Part shown: piece after piece, positions 27,707 through 40,424 of the stretch | Layout of the letters: every line of letters begins with the position of its first letter | Position numbering within the stretch: the first letter of the stretch is position 1 | Source: Acanthaster planci | Taxonomy: Eukaryota | Direction: 5' to 3' | Length of the DNA: 64,000 bases | Assembly (NCBI RefSeq): GCF_001949145.1 | Contig: NW_019091355.1 | Location: 4,537,374 to 4,601,373 of the forward strand | Made by a program: the position numbers and the translations under genes | Notes under the pieces: generated by a model | Seen by the model: the letters and a program-made list of their open reading frames with translations, nothing else | Databases searched by the model: none | What the model was told of the DNA's origin: nothing

Positions 27707-27971
27707 GCATATTGCTCATCATCTGATCTGTGAGGCCTGCCTACTGGCTGGGTTCCCGTTGATGCTATTGGCTGAAAGTTTGGGTCTCCTGTGAAGACAG
27801 CTAGTGATCTCATCTGACTGAAAGTTTTTGCTCTTAAGGTCGGTCTGTACGCCTCTTGCACGACGCTGAGCTTCTCGGTTGACTTGGGATTCTGGAGTAA
27901 AAGTGAACGTATCAAACTTGTTGGCATCGTGGAAAGAGCCTTTTGTCGGCGTGGTCTGTTTAATATTTCAG
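27707..27971 (+). other. Pitx: Probable non-coding 5'UTR exon of Pitx isoform A
   Basis: Branch-like CTAAC at 27676-27680, pyrimidine tract, acceptor AG at 27705-27706 and strong donor CAG|gtaaga at 27971/27972. Exon A is preceded by an acceptor (tttatttccaacag, AG at 33018-33019) 5 nt before its ATG, which implies an upstream exon. Confidence 0.5.
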
Positions 27972-28062
27972 GTAAGATTATAATGTAAAATTGACATTTC
28001 TTTTCCTTTTCAAAGAAATTATTTTTCCTCTTATCAAAGTTTCAGTTTGATTTAACAAGTAA

Positions 28063-28198
28063 CACTTAAAAAAAACTGACTTGAGTATTTAATACCCTTG
28101 GTATCCATACAGGACGACACCAACCCAGTGTTTTCCGATACGCATGGATACCAAGGGTGTTAGTTTGACACCAATTCAACACCACAGATTTTGCAGTG
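28063..28198. mobile_element. Degenerate CACT-type MITE-like inverted repeat
   Basis: Perfect 15-bp inverted repeat acccttggtatccat (28094-28108) / atggataccaagggt (28144-28158), bracketed by cacttaaaa... and ...ttttgcagtg. Confidence 0.5.
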
Positions 28199-31100
28199 AC
28201 ATTTCACTTTTGAGCGTTGCCTAGTGCCTATTACTTGGTGTCCTTTCATTAATACATCAGATGCTTCCGTTTAATGTAATGTTGACCACTTTGTTTTTAT
28301 CGATTCTGCGATACTCCCATCCTAAGTCCCGTCGTCCAGAATTTTACTTTTTAGGTACTCGGATAACTTGGACCTGATATCAAATAATATTGTCAGCAAG
28401 CCTTTTCAAACAAAACACGTGTATTTGTTTCCTTTAGTACAGCTCACATGATAAATTACAGGAGTAATTTTCTAAATTCACTCCAAAATGTGTATCTTCT
28501 TCAGTCGGAGTTTAAGCTCCTATAATTCACATGTCGGTGGCGAAGGCCTATAGTAACGAAGGGAAAGAACCCAAACCAACCGTGAGATTGAATATCCTGA
28601 GCTTGAGATTGGCCGGTTCCGCACTCGCGCCTCTTTGTGTAGAGCCAGGCAGGCCCGCCACAAATTGTCGAGTTGTCGTTGCCTAATTCTATGGCCTGCC
28701 TAACCCATGAAGTTATTTTTTTCCCTCGAGGCTTACCGCGCTGGTTTTACGCGGGACAAACACTGATTTTTAAGGAAATAAATTACACTTGTTAAATTTC
28801 TGGAAATGGCTAGCTTTTTGTAATGGAGCAAGTTTTTTTCTCCAAATTTCACGAGACTTCATGGTGCAAAGTAAATGTTGTACAGCATTGTTTTGAAGTG
28901 GCTCTGTCAGGCACGTTGGATTGAAACGAAAATGGAAAACGCAGTTTAAGGTATGAAGTTGTAGTTTTTTTTTTACTAGCATGCTATTATCATTTCGATG
29001 TATAACGTACTTAATGTTAAAATACGACTTAGGCAAACACTACAAGTAAACGTTTGTTAAAAGTCATCACATGTGTCGTTTTGGTTTCTCCTAAAGAACA
29101 TTTGCCGGTGTTTCTTGGGGAAAGAAGAGTCCAAATTTATGAGGCTGTGTTGAGTTTTATATTAACACTCCCAATTAACAGTTCATTGATGCCAACAGAA
29201 GGATAAATAACACAGCAAAAGGGGCAACAATTCATTGAACAATACAGAAATATTAAGTACACCATTTGCTTTCACCATTATGGGCTCTAAATCATTTTTT
29301 AAAAATGTGGGCCAGTTGCTGATAAAATTAGTTAATAAATAACGAGGGACAACTTTTTACAACTCATCAGCGGGCTCTGCGCTATTTAATTTCAATTCTT
29401 TTGGAAGAATCGCGCCATCGATGTTACAGCCAGACTTTAGGTCTTACCCATTGCCGTTCAACTACTGTAGTACATTTCCCGACTCTAATCTTTTCGAGAC
29501 ATCGCCCAGGCTTCGACGAGGGCTGCTGCTTGCTTCCCTAAAGCTGAGAGGAAACAGCAGCCCTGTTCGCAGTTATCTACGGCAGTCAACACTCTGAGGA
29601 GAAGTTAAGCAGGGCTTTCCAAAGCCCCCTCCCCCTCTCCCTCGCTTCTGAACATGTGTCGTCGTTCGTCAAACAGTGAACAGGCTCAACCCGCGAAATG
29701 GTTCATATCTCGGCAAATTTCCGGGCTGGATGGGTGCGGGGACGGGCTATCACAGGTGCAGGAGGCTGCAAGCTTCGGGTGAAGACATACATGTTCTTAG
29801 CTTTTTTCTTTCGGATAAAAACGTTAAAGAAAAACTCTCTTTTTCCTTTTTTAAAACTTTGATAACAGTTTTAAGATGAAAAAAGCAACATTTTAGAGAA
29901 TGCACTCTGATCGAAGAAATTAGTTCAACTTTGCTGCATAAAACTTTAGAAAAGTTACACCAATTTTAAGAGGGCATTTTTTGGTCCATCGTTTATCCCA
30001 TGAGACGAACACAGACCACAGGGTCGATGTAATTAGAAAAAAAACCTTTCAAGCTAGGGCATGAGTAGGGTATTCAGCAGGTAAAACATTGTGAAATTTG
30101 TTAGTTGGTCATTAACCTTCACACATGCCACCTCAGACCGGGTCTCATCTCAATTGAGGTGAGTTCGAATCCAGACAACGGCTTTGGGCTGGATAAAGGC
30201 GAGTGTTTCAGGATTCGTGTAAGAGGAAGTTTTGTCAACAGTGCGAATGGGGAACAAGACGTTTGATGTGCCCGACAGGTGAGCCTCTAAACTTGCTGCC
30301 CTCGTATCATTTTTCGAAGAATAAAACTAGGGGTTTGCACTGAATCATTGCCCGGAACAGAGCGTAAACTTGGGTGCCGTCAACTGTTTTGCGGAAAACG
30401 CCCAGGCAATGGAGATTGAACCAGTAACAGGTGGACAGCGCAAATGCGTCACACGACCTTCCTAACAATCACATAGCCGCCATTCAGAGCTTTACCATAT
30501 TTAACTCTGCTCGGCAGTGTTTTCGACAATCTGGTTGGTCAGTTGCGATCGAAGCCGATGACGTAATGGGGGATATTTACAGGGAAAACACTCAGCCTCG
30601 CGTGCGATGGAGAGCTGCTCCAAAGTTACAGCGTACACAGTTTTGGGCGGATGACGAACCTGTTATCAGCGCGAACTTTTAGAGGGAAAAAGCTAAAGTG
30701 TGCCGACTTTACGAAAGTACACTTTTAATCACAGTAAGCCTGAAAGTAAGCTGCAAGGCTCGCAAGGTCAAACCTTATCAGAGCGAAGCCGAATTATAGT
30801 AATCCAGACGCGTTACAGTATGCATAGTTATTGATCCAATCCTTGCTTGTAGACATAAACTCTGTCGAAAGAACGAAAGAGTTCTGTTCTTCAAATAACG
30901 CCTCTAAATGTGAGTAATTTTTCTTTTGCACATGTTCAGATACTGGAATTTCCTCCGTTTTCTTTAAAGATTTATAACGATTTGCATATCGAGGTTTGAA
31001 CAAAAGAAATTCAGATTTTTCGGTTTGTTTGTCTGTCCGTTTGTTTTTAGATTTTCGGAAAGACGACGCGCTCTCAAGGGATTGTCCATGGAAAGAATGA

Positions 31101-32020
31101 GATATAGAATTAGAGCATGGGTTTTAGAAATGGAACTCGTTTAGCCTCTCTCAATACCGACAAATTCCATATTCACTGGGTTTATTCTCACTCCTCTAGT
31201 TGCTTGATCTGGGGAAACCATAGAAGGAGATTTCACCTTATTTTCCACTGTTATTGTCATGAACTTCAGCTATGAGTAGCCGACCACTACATGCAGAATC
31301 TGCGGCTGACTTTCCTAGAGGCCCTCTCGAGAATTCCACAAATTGTCGTTTCCTTGGCCGTTAATTGAATCATTTGTCCCAGCGGGAGCCGATCAAGCGC
31401 TAATTGGCGGGTCGGATTCCACGGAACGCTGAGAGAAAAATGGCCCAAACTTGGCAGGTCTTTTAACATTGCATGCTGAGAAAAATTTCGAACAAAAGCC
31501 ATGATTCTGCGTTACCCAGCTCGGCAGGACGCATTTTTATCAAAGCACTTGAACTTTTATCTTTGATTTTTTTGTTTTAAGTTCGTGTTTAGTTCAACTC
31601 CGACTTCAAAAAAACTTTTTTTCATCGGCCCATTCGAACGATACGGAATGCCTGTCATTAATTTGAACGGGTAATGCATGCAAAAATCGTCCGGCTTAAC
31701 CGATGTGAAACTGATGTCCATTGTTACAGTTGACCATGTTGGAGACGACACCCTGATTGCATAATAATTGTTACAGGTCTTTAAGAGCACTCCTTTTCTC
31801 TTTCTTCTGAGTGGGAGGGGTTGACGCCTTCAGCTTGCTGTAGGAATTATAGGGTGACTAATGAATAATGTGAGCCAATACCGTCGCCCTTCGGAAATGG
31901 AGGAATTCGAGAGTTGATAACGAATGAGGAATAGCCAAATTGGCGTTATAAAAATGACCGACTATGACGCAACAATGACATCGGCTTCTCAAGGAGAAAC
32001 GAACGTTATCGCTTTCTGTA

Positions 32021-32180
32021 CACTCTAAAAATTGCGTTGGGCAGTCTGGAAGCACGTTCAGATGTTAAACAATTTAATGTCCAATTGTTAAACACTATCC
32101 ATGAGAAGTTTAAACATGTTTATCATTTATACATGTTTACAACCTAAACAGTGTTACAAAAATGTTCAATGGCTAAACAC
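32021..32180. repeat. Probable truncated CACTCTAAAA-type element
   Basis: Begins ta|cactctaaaa, as does the 58.8-kb MITE, followed by reiterated gttaaaca/taaaca motifs. No right terminus found. Confidence 0.35.
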
Positions 32181-33024
32181 TCTGGCGAGTAAAGTTGGGA
32201 TCTTCCGTCCGATTCATTCAATGATATGGTGTGATAATGAAGGTGCAATTCTCGCATATCAGCGGCCGTCTTGACAAGGAGGTAGACTATCACAGCCAGT
32301 GGTCAAACACAAACACACAATAAGAAAGAATTCATGCAAGTATTAAAGTTCGATCTGTGAGAGATATTTAAATGAGGAACCCCAAGGTGTCTTCTCTTAT
32401 ATTCTTAACATTGTATAGCTTTTCTTTTCCTAAAAAGGACTACAATTGCAGATTTGTTTTTCATGTAGACAGCCCGATAGGCCTACATTAGACTTAATGG
32501 GTGAAACGTCCAAGAAGTCACTAGTGAAAGGGCATAAATGAAGTTACGACGAGAAATGTCAATTCAAACACTTGCAGACGTGTAGACAGGAAACGTTGAA
32601 TGTTTGAAAGGTCAGAGTATACACCTTTCTTGCTTTATTTTAAGAATCCAATAACAGCCAACAATGCGGTTCCTGTTCAACTACCGACCCGTGAATCATG
32701 ACAACTCAGCGGTGTCGCTGCCTGCTTGGTTTAGGGCAAAAATAAACACGCGGGAGCCTGCTGCTTGGCTATCCTGTCATTTGGAAGAAACAGGACAAGG
32801 ACGGGGACGAGCACAATTAGAACAAACTTTAGGCAGTCATGCGTCACGACAACGAACATTCACAGATCATTATGTGCGATCCTTAGACTAATCGTGCAAA
32901 GTAAACGTCCAGCTCCCGCGGAAACGGTGCATCATCTTCTCTTTTCGGTTTTCAGCATGTGCCCCTTCCTGGTTGAGAAAAATATGTATAAACGTGAAGC
33001 ATATCTTTATTTCCAACAGCAACC

Positions 33025-33487
33025 ATGTTCAAGTTTGACAACAGACGACCTTTCAGTGATATTCTGCCGTCGTTTAATCACTTCGGCGCAAACAACGGCA
33101 CCCAACACACCAACGGGTCTCCCGTCTCCACCAACGGAACCGAGTTGCTGAACATGGACACAAACGCCTTGCAGCAGCAACAGCAGCACCAGCCGCAGCC
33201 ACAGCAGCAATCGGTTGGACACAACGGCCACGTGTCGCCGGGGATGCTGGTGCAGGCGGACTCCAACGGCTACGGGATCCCGACCACCCCGCACCGCGTG
33301 CTGGAGAAGAGCGGGCCGCCGGCCGCTCCAGGCCTGATAGACACCGGCTCGACCGACCGACACCAACCGCGGATGACCGAGTTGTGCACCGTCGGCGCAT
33401 CCTCAGCCGGGTCGAGAGCCATGGTGGACATCGTCATGGATGACGTCGAGGTCAAAGGTCGAAAGATCAGCCGGAGTGATGTTAATG
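33025..33487 (+). CDS. Pitx: Pitx alternative N-terminal coding exon A (distal, polyQ-containing); predicted isoform 402 aa
   Basis: caaccATG with A at -3. GC3-rich ORF MFKFDNRRPFSDILPSFNHF...QQQQQHQPQPQQQ...SDVN with strong donor G|gtaagt at 33487/33488 (phase 1, matching the 46133 acceptor). 463+218+528=1209 nt is in frame. Composition drops to AT-rich shortly after the donor. Confidence 0.8.
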
Positions 33488-36400
33488 GTAAGTTGGAATG
33501 TGACCGAGGCATGTTCTCATGGTGCTTTTCGTCAGTTCTTCATGCTCAAAGTTGTACAACTGGATGTAGAAATCCCTATACATGTTATCATTTAGGTTTC
33601 TGACATCTGACCACCTTTTGAATTTACCCGTATCTTTGATTTGTGTATAAATGTACAAAGTTTTTACGTATAAGGTCTAAAATATGTGTCATGGTTGTAA
33701 AGAAGTTGTGTAAACTTATTCTTTTTTAGCTAACTTGACTTGGCGCAAACTACTGAAATACACCCGACAAAGAACTAAATCATGGGTGTGCTCCACCCAA
33801 ACCCGGTACGTCAAACGCACCCAAAAGAGACAAGCTCTTGGCTGAACTTGTCATCCAAACGAATCCGCTCCGTCGCAACCTTCGTAACTGTTGGCATCTT
33901 AATCAGGTCGGGGCTATTATGTAAGGGAACACGCCCTCTCGCGGTGACTCACGGATGATCATGATGCAAGGCGGAAGTCATCAATTCTTCGGTGGGTGTT
34001 TCCGATTGACAAGATAGCGCTAATTACGGATATCTGATGTGTCGACTATGTCTTTTCTTTCTTTTCTACTAAAAAAAAATATTTTAATATATGCGTAGTA
34101 ATTAGTTCGGTGATTTGATCATTGGAAAGAAATTATAGCAAGGCCATTACTGAAATTCGGCTTCGTTTGCAGAATCGGAGTAAGGTTTCCTGATTGAAGT
34201 CCTTGTTTTGGGTGATTTGGACAACGACTGCCCGTGGAATTTCAAGTTCTGCATACCAACATAAGACTTGGGGGGTCTTCGTTTTGATACTAACAGGAAA
34301 AGGCCTACAGCTATAGGTGTAAGGCTTGAGAGAAGCCTTATAAACCGGATACAAAATCGAGAATCGGGAAATGGCCTTAGTAAGAAATCTAACTTATCAG
34401 GCACACTTCGGTGGCGCCCTCATTTAACAGTCTATGAAAATGTGTTTCTGGCCGAATAATATCCGAAAATGTACCACCACCAAGGCGTTAAAAATGCGTT
34501 GGGCATTTTAAAAATGAAGCAGATTCAAACAGAATCGAAAAAAAAAATCAAAACTATCAAACGATTCCTATGCGAAACCACCTTGCCACCAAAGCCAGTC
34601 CCATCGCAATTACTCCTTACTTTTAACCGTACGGTTCAAGAAACCAATCATTTTCCAGTTTTTTTCTTTCTCGAAGACGTCACAGACCAAATACTAGCGG
34701 TTGGTAAACGTTAGCATGTACTTCTCAAATAGGACTATTCAAACATCGGTGTCGTCTACTGGTTTTCGCCTTAGACTGCTGTGGTGCCTTGTCGTACCAC
34801 AAATTCTCACATCAGGATCGCTCTCGACATGGTCATTTGACCAAACAACAACCTGAACTCACTGCAGGCTACCTGTGATACCATTTAATGTTTCCAGAAC
34901 CTTACTGAACCTGTTCACGTTGGCAGCGTAAGCTTACCGTTACAGCAGCGGGAAGTTTAGAACCCGTCTCTGTCGGTGGGTAATGTTTCGCTAAATTATG
35001 TAGATCCAGTTATAATTGACATCATGTCTCCGTGATTTACTCTAATGGACCGTCGTGACTCGCCGCTCACGCTCGTCAATCGTCCCGGGACCTTGCGAGT
35101 CAAACACGGTGATGGTCCGGGGACTCGCGTAGCCCCCTGGTTGCCCGGGTTAATTATGTGTGCAGGCTGATCCCGCGACACCAGGGTAAATTTGGAGAAC
35201 GGTGTTTGCGGGCCAGGGAGGCGCGCACACACGAGAGCAAATTGCCCACCGTGTGAAGTCGGGCTATCATTATTGTCATCTCCGGCGAAAAATTGATACC
35301 GAGCCTCCCCATAAAAGGAATCCCATGCGCGATGGACTTCACGGATGCGTCCCACCTGCCGCCGAGTTTCTGGCCGTGATCTCCCGCGGGGGGCTTGAGT
35401 GTGTACAAGCCCGTATGCCATAGCCCAGCGCATGCTCGCTGAAATGGATGAAGCGTAGACCATTACAAACTCTGATCGTATGGCCTGGCAAGGCTTAGTG
35501 CGATTATTGCACCCCGTAATTATGTTCATCTTCTATTTCCGCGTATAGTCCCATTCCGAAGAGGTTTAATGGCGAGTCTATATATACGCGTTCCCCGCTT
35601 GCGGCAATGTAACCCTTGCCTCATTTGCCATTCATGAGAAACAATTGTCTTGTAGCAATATACCTGTTCTTTTACTAAGCACCCTTTCGGCCATCCATCT
35701 TCGGGGACGAAAACCGATCAATTTTCAGCAATGGCCATATGAAGATTAAGACGGGAAACAAAAAGGAGGGATAATATTTTTTCTCTACCACTGCAGGCGT
35801 ACAGTGGTTTTCGCAGAATTGTTAAAACTGGACCGTGTCAAGTCTAATCTCACTTTTGTTAGCAGGCTTGTAAGACAGTCAACTGTACAAATAGGAGATC
35901 ATCCATCCGTTAATTGGAGTTCAAATCTGAGGTGTGGCCGGCAACTTCGGTCTGCGTGCTGATCCAAACCTGCCTCCTTACAGTGCCAGAATGGACTTCT
36001 GTCGAAAAAAATAAAATTAGCATTTTTAATCCACTCAAACGAGGATGAAGCTCCGGTCATACAACTCGGAGATGAGTTTTAGAACCACTGATCATATTAT
36101 GACATTTTTGTTCTGTCATCATCGCATTCTTTTAAATCATCAGTTACCTTGATTTTATTTGGTTAAAAAGAAAAGATCTATTCATCGTTGACCCTCTCCG
36201 GCCTCACTCTTCGTATGCCTATATACATTGTGGTAATGATAATCGGATTTCATCCGATTGAATCGGATTCATTCCGGGACTTTGCCACAGTGTTGTGAAA
36301 TCCAAATTTTATGCAGCATTTTGTTGGGAACACCCTGACGCCCTTTCCCTCACGCCAGTCGATGAACCACAGTTTCGAGAAAGCTCCAACCCTGGGCTGA

Positions 36401-39399
36401 TGGAAATTCACTTGTTAACCAAAAGTTCAACCAAAACCAACAATGATAGCAGGCGACTCCACACATGTTGGTTGAAATGACTCTGCACAGAATTCCGTCG
36501 CCAGTTTTATTCACAGTGCATCGATTGCCATGAACAGAACATTGTTTTTTTCCCCTGCGGAATAATCATATCATCAAACAGAAATGATTGGATTTGTGAC
36601 TTTGCGACATCAAATTAGGACAGGTGTTACACATAAATACTCGCCATGTATTTGGTATAACAAAAAGCTGGCTCATGCTTTATGGTTTGCTGGAACAGTC
36701 TTGCTGTTCAGTAGCGGCACATTGGAAAAGAAATTCAACCAATTCTCTAGTATTTCAAACATTTAATATTAAGTTTTCAATATACTGCTGTAGTGATTCA
36801 GAAATAACAGTCTGTTTTGCTGCCTCGCCCAGACTCAAAGATCTTACAATTGAAAGAAAAATAAGATGAAATCTCTCAGTCTAAGTCGAAACACTGGAGG
36901 TTTTACAACAAGGCAAACCGAATAAACAACCCCCTCGCCTCCAACAATTATCCGTGTTTTTGCTCCTAGAAGCCCATCGCAGAATTCCCGAAAGGAGACT
37001 CGCAACTTAAGTCGCGCTAAACAAGTGAACGGCAAGTTTTCTTTATTGTGGATGTTGTTGGCTCTGTACGCCGACCATGTGAGCGCTTAAACGCCCCTAG
37101 CACAGCATTTTGCGCGGTGTGAACAGCCCGAACCGGCGTGACTAACCTGCACAAGTCTGTATCAGCGTATCAATTAACCGCGTATCACGCCATGTTGATG
37201 TTGGCATCTCGGAGGCTTTTAAGAGCTTAACAGACGGCCGACGGACACGGCGTAATTCATCGACAGAACGTAGAAGTATAAGTAAAAAAATAAATGCTGA
37301 CCTATTTTGAAGGGGAGAAATGAGTCTGTGATTCCAGGTTATAGGCAATTTATTATGTCTACCGAGTTTGCTCTGTCACGAATTTAGTGTTCGGATGATG
37401 CTTCTCGATGCAAGAACTATTGCTTTGTAAGTCCCCTTCAAATGTTTTTAATAGTTCCTGCTAACCGTATAGCCGATAAGGTAAGACGTAAAAAGTACAT
37501 CGATGGCTGGTGTTCATCAACAAATGCAGTAACCATGGTGCTGGTATCACTTAGGCCTATGGCCTTTATAATCTAAGACACCGACGTTGATGTAAAAGCA
37601 TTCTTGTGTAATTTTCATTTTGAAATGACAAAAATTACTGGGATCACTTCTTATAGCTTGTGCACAACGACCAACAGATGGCTGCGCTCTTTCCTACCGA
37701 CTAATAAATTTTCTGGTTTTAGTCAGGGTTTTAAAAAATTTGGGAAACGCTCTTCCATAATGACCAAAGGCCTAATTCTTTTTTCCATTACAACATCATT
37801 ATTTTAAACCTTCCCGAGAATTTCGGTCTCTCCACTATTGGTTTCCATATCAGGTTTTGGGGACTCAGGGACAAGAAGAATTTTTTTCTATTACAGAACC
37901 CATTTTTCCTTAAAATAACAAGGGATGTTGGATAATCGACGAATGGAAATAAAGTAATGTGATGGATCACCCAATCCCTCACATGAAAATAGAGATGGTA
38001 GTTAAGTTTTGGAGCCACTGATAACGTCATAGGCTTTTCTTTCTCTGTCGCAGAATAGGCATTCAGAATGTCTGGTCATATTTTCAAGCCACCTGGAACT
38101 TCACGTTTCAGTGTACATTAGAAGGGGTTATGAAATCAAAAAATATCACCATTAGCCAAATCAACACAGATGTTCGATTGTATAGCTCATTATGCAGTGT
38201 TCTAAAGCTCATTGTAATACTTGACATAAGTTGTCTCGTCGTGTATACAGTCTAAATTCTAAAACGGGTCAGCCCATTTTTTTGTATTTTTGCGCTACCA
38301 GCTGACTGAAAGGGCGCCCTCAACAGGTTACGTGGTGAGTTGGCCGTCGCGACCGTGTGTCGGCCAAAATGGAGTCCTTGCACGGTCGCTTGTTTTGTCC
38401 GGTATTTCACTGATCGATTCCTCTTGTGGAATCACAGAGCTTCAAATAGATGGCCCCAAAACCACAGTGAACGCACAGAAGCGGTGCAAGGCCAGAATTT
38501 ATTCGCTTACTGATCTTAGAAGTTGGTTGTGAGCGAATGGTAGGGCAGAGCATCAACATTCACTACGCGGGATGATAATGAACAACGACTCTGTCAGATC
38601 GAATTTGACATTGTGTCACGGTCCAAAGAAGTCTTCTTATCCCCCCGAATTTCCTTTTGGCTTTGAAAGATGACACAGATGACCACGCTTACAAGTTGGC
38701 CGTGAGAGTTTACTTTCGCGAGATACAAATGCGTATGAAGAGATTTTGTGTCCTCCCCAATAAAGAATAGAAATAGAAATAATTTGAGAAGGGAAATATA
38801 TTTTTCCCCAGAAGTTTCACTCAGAGTGTGTTTTAACTCAGAAGGCCTGAAGAGACATCAGCGGTAAAGCCTGTATACTTTGCTATTTGGTTCATTAATG
38901 GAGGAATGGAGCAAGTTGTTTTATAAAAAAAGTAAGAACTGGATTCCTTTGGAATTCCTTATTTTAAGTATACACAGAGGGTGAAACGACCAAGAAAACG
39001 CGACATGAAATTAATGATTGTTGCATGAAAATGTTTCTTGATGTGAAGGTAGGAATTGAATTATTTTTTCTTGTCCATTACCTTCTAATAAGAGGAATAT
39101 GAACAAAAAAAATCAAGTGAAATGTTTATTGTCTTCATTAAAGTACTTTAGGCTCTTTCCAAGGGCACTAGGCTTACCGACCTGAAGTACAATGTAGACA
39201 TTTTCTTTGCCGTAATTGATTGGGGAAAATCCTGGTCTTATTGTTATCAAAAACGGAGGTCGTCAAGAGGTCCTGGCAAGAGTTTTAGAAAAAATTACGA
39301 TCGAAGAAATAAATCTCCAAAGTTGTGACAAGGCCCTTTTTGTATTAATACGGAGGCTACGTGCACTAATGAGGTATGAAGTTCACTTTTTGTGACTAA

Positions 39400-40234
39400 T
39401 GAATCGCTTCCGGTGACTTAAGATTCCACCCACCTTGGCTACAAACCAACCAATCAAGGTTTGGGAGAGGCTGTGACTGACAGGTTCTGCCCCGTGTGTT
39501 GACTGGTCCTGGCCGGCCCCACACACGCACACGCACGCACCACGGTGGGGGCCGTGCATGGTTCAGACGCGAAAGCTCCAATGACATCACTGGGAACTAG
39601 CAGCGAGCGATGAGCAGGAGACGTGGATGCATCATCAGCCGTACAGGACGGAGTTCATTGAACATGCACCGCGCACAACGTAAACACAGTCACGCAAGAT
39701 CAACACTCCTCGCTAATGCCGCTTTTTTTTACCTGTGTCTCTCCTCATTCCCGTTTGCGTGTGCTCATCGCACAGACTCTGTTTTTGGACCCGTGTTTTT
39801 ACGAAATCAGCTCCACAGTCTTAACATTTTATCCCCGGACCATCATCGTGTATCTTTGTGAGGGCTCAACTCATCCGGTTACGCGCAGTCTTTCGTTGCT
39901 TACCCCCCTCGATAATCCTGCAAGCTACGGCTTTAGTTGGTTGAGCTCGTGGAATCCGTGGTGCAGCGGGGTGGCTTAGCGGGGACTGAGCGTCGATACC
40001 TCCGAGAGCTGAGTGGATGAACGTGGACTATTCAACCCCGTTCAGCGTAACTGGGACCGACTCCTGGGACCGGGGCTCGACTGCGCGTCCGTTACAGCGA
40101 AGACGGAAGAAGACCCCTGAATCCTCCTTTGACTTACCCCCCTGATTACTATAGCCGGAAAATCCCAGAGGGTTACTGGGGACTCCGCATATCGTCGGCA
40201 AACCAAAAAAAAAAAGAAAAAAAAGCAAACAAAT
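39400..40234 (+). promoter_or_regulatory. Candidate internal promoter/5'UTR for Pitx exon B
   Basis: GC/CpG-rich block with CCAAT motifs (~39450, ~39578) directly upstream of the exon B ATG. The leader is A-rich, with no pyrimidine-rich acceptor near the ATG. Confidence 0.4.
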
Positions 40235-40424
40235 ATGAACACTTTGAGTGAGCCGCTGTCGACTCTGGAGGAGTTGGTCGGCTCGAGTCCCAGGCCGGGC
40301 TCTGTGGTAACTCTCTCTGCCATGTCGCCGGGGATTCACTGCAATGGCACGGCGGCAACGTCGGGCGGGCAAAGGCATGGTGAGCACAGGAGCGGCGATG
40401 AATTCTCGTCAACTGCTGACCTAG
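40235..40424 (+). CDS. Pitx: Pitx alternative N-terminal coding exon B (proximal); predicted isoform 311 aa
   Basis: A-rich leader then aaatATG; MNTLSEPLSTLEELVGSSPRPGSVVTLSAMSPG...STADL. Phase-1 donor AG|gtacac at 40424/40425 (weak consensus); 190+218+528=936 nt is in frame. The N-terminus resembles, from memory and unverified, the invertebrate Pitx start motif MxTL..L.LE.LV..SPR. Confidence 0.7.

Noticed and set aside
29521..29563. Hairpin gggctgctg...cagcagccc as a pre-miRNA or terminator
   Set aside because: Stem too short and interrupted, no recognisable mature miRNA, and bacterial terminators are irrelevant in this animal DNA.
30100..30180. Pol III B-box-like GTTCGAATCC suggesting a tRNA or SINE
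   Set aside because: No cloverleaf and no convincing A-box; at most a decayed SINE head.
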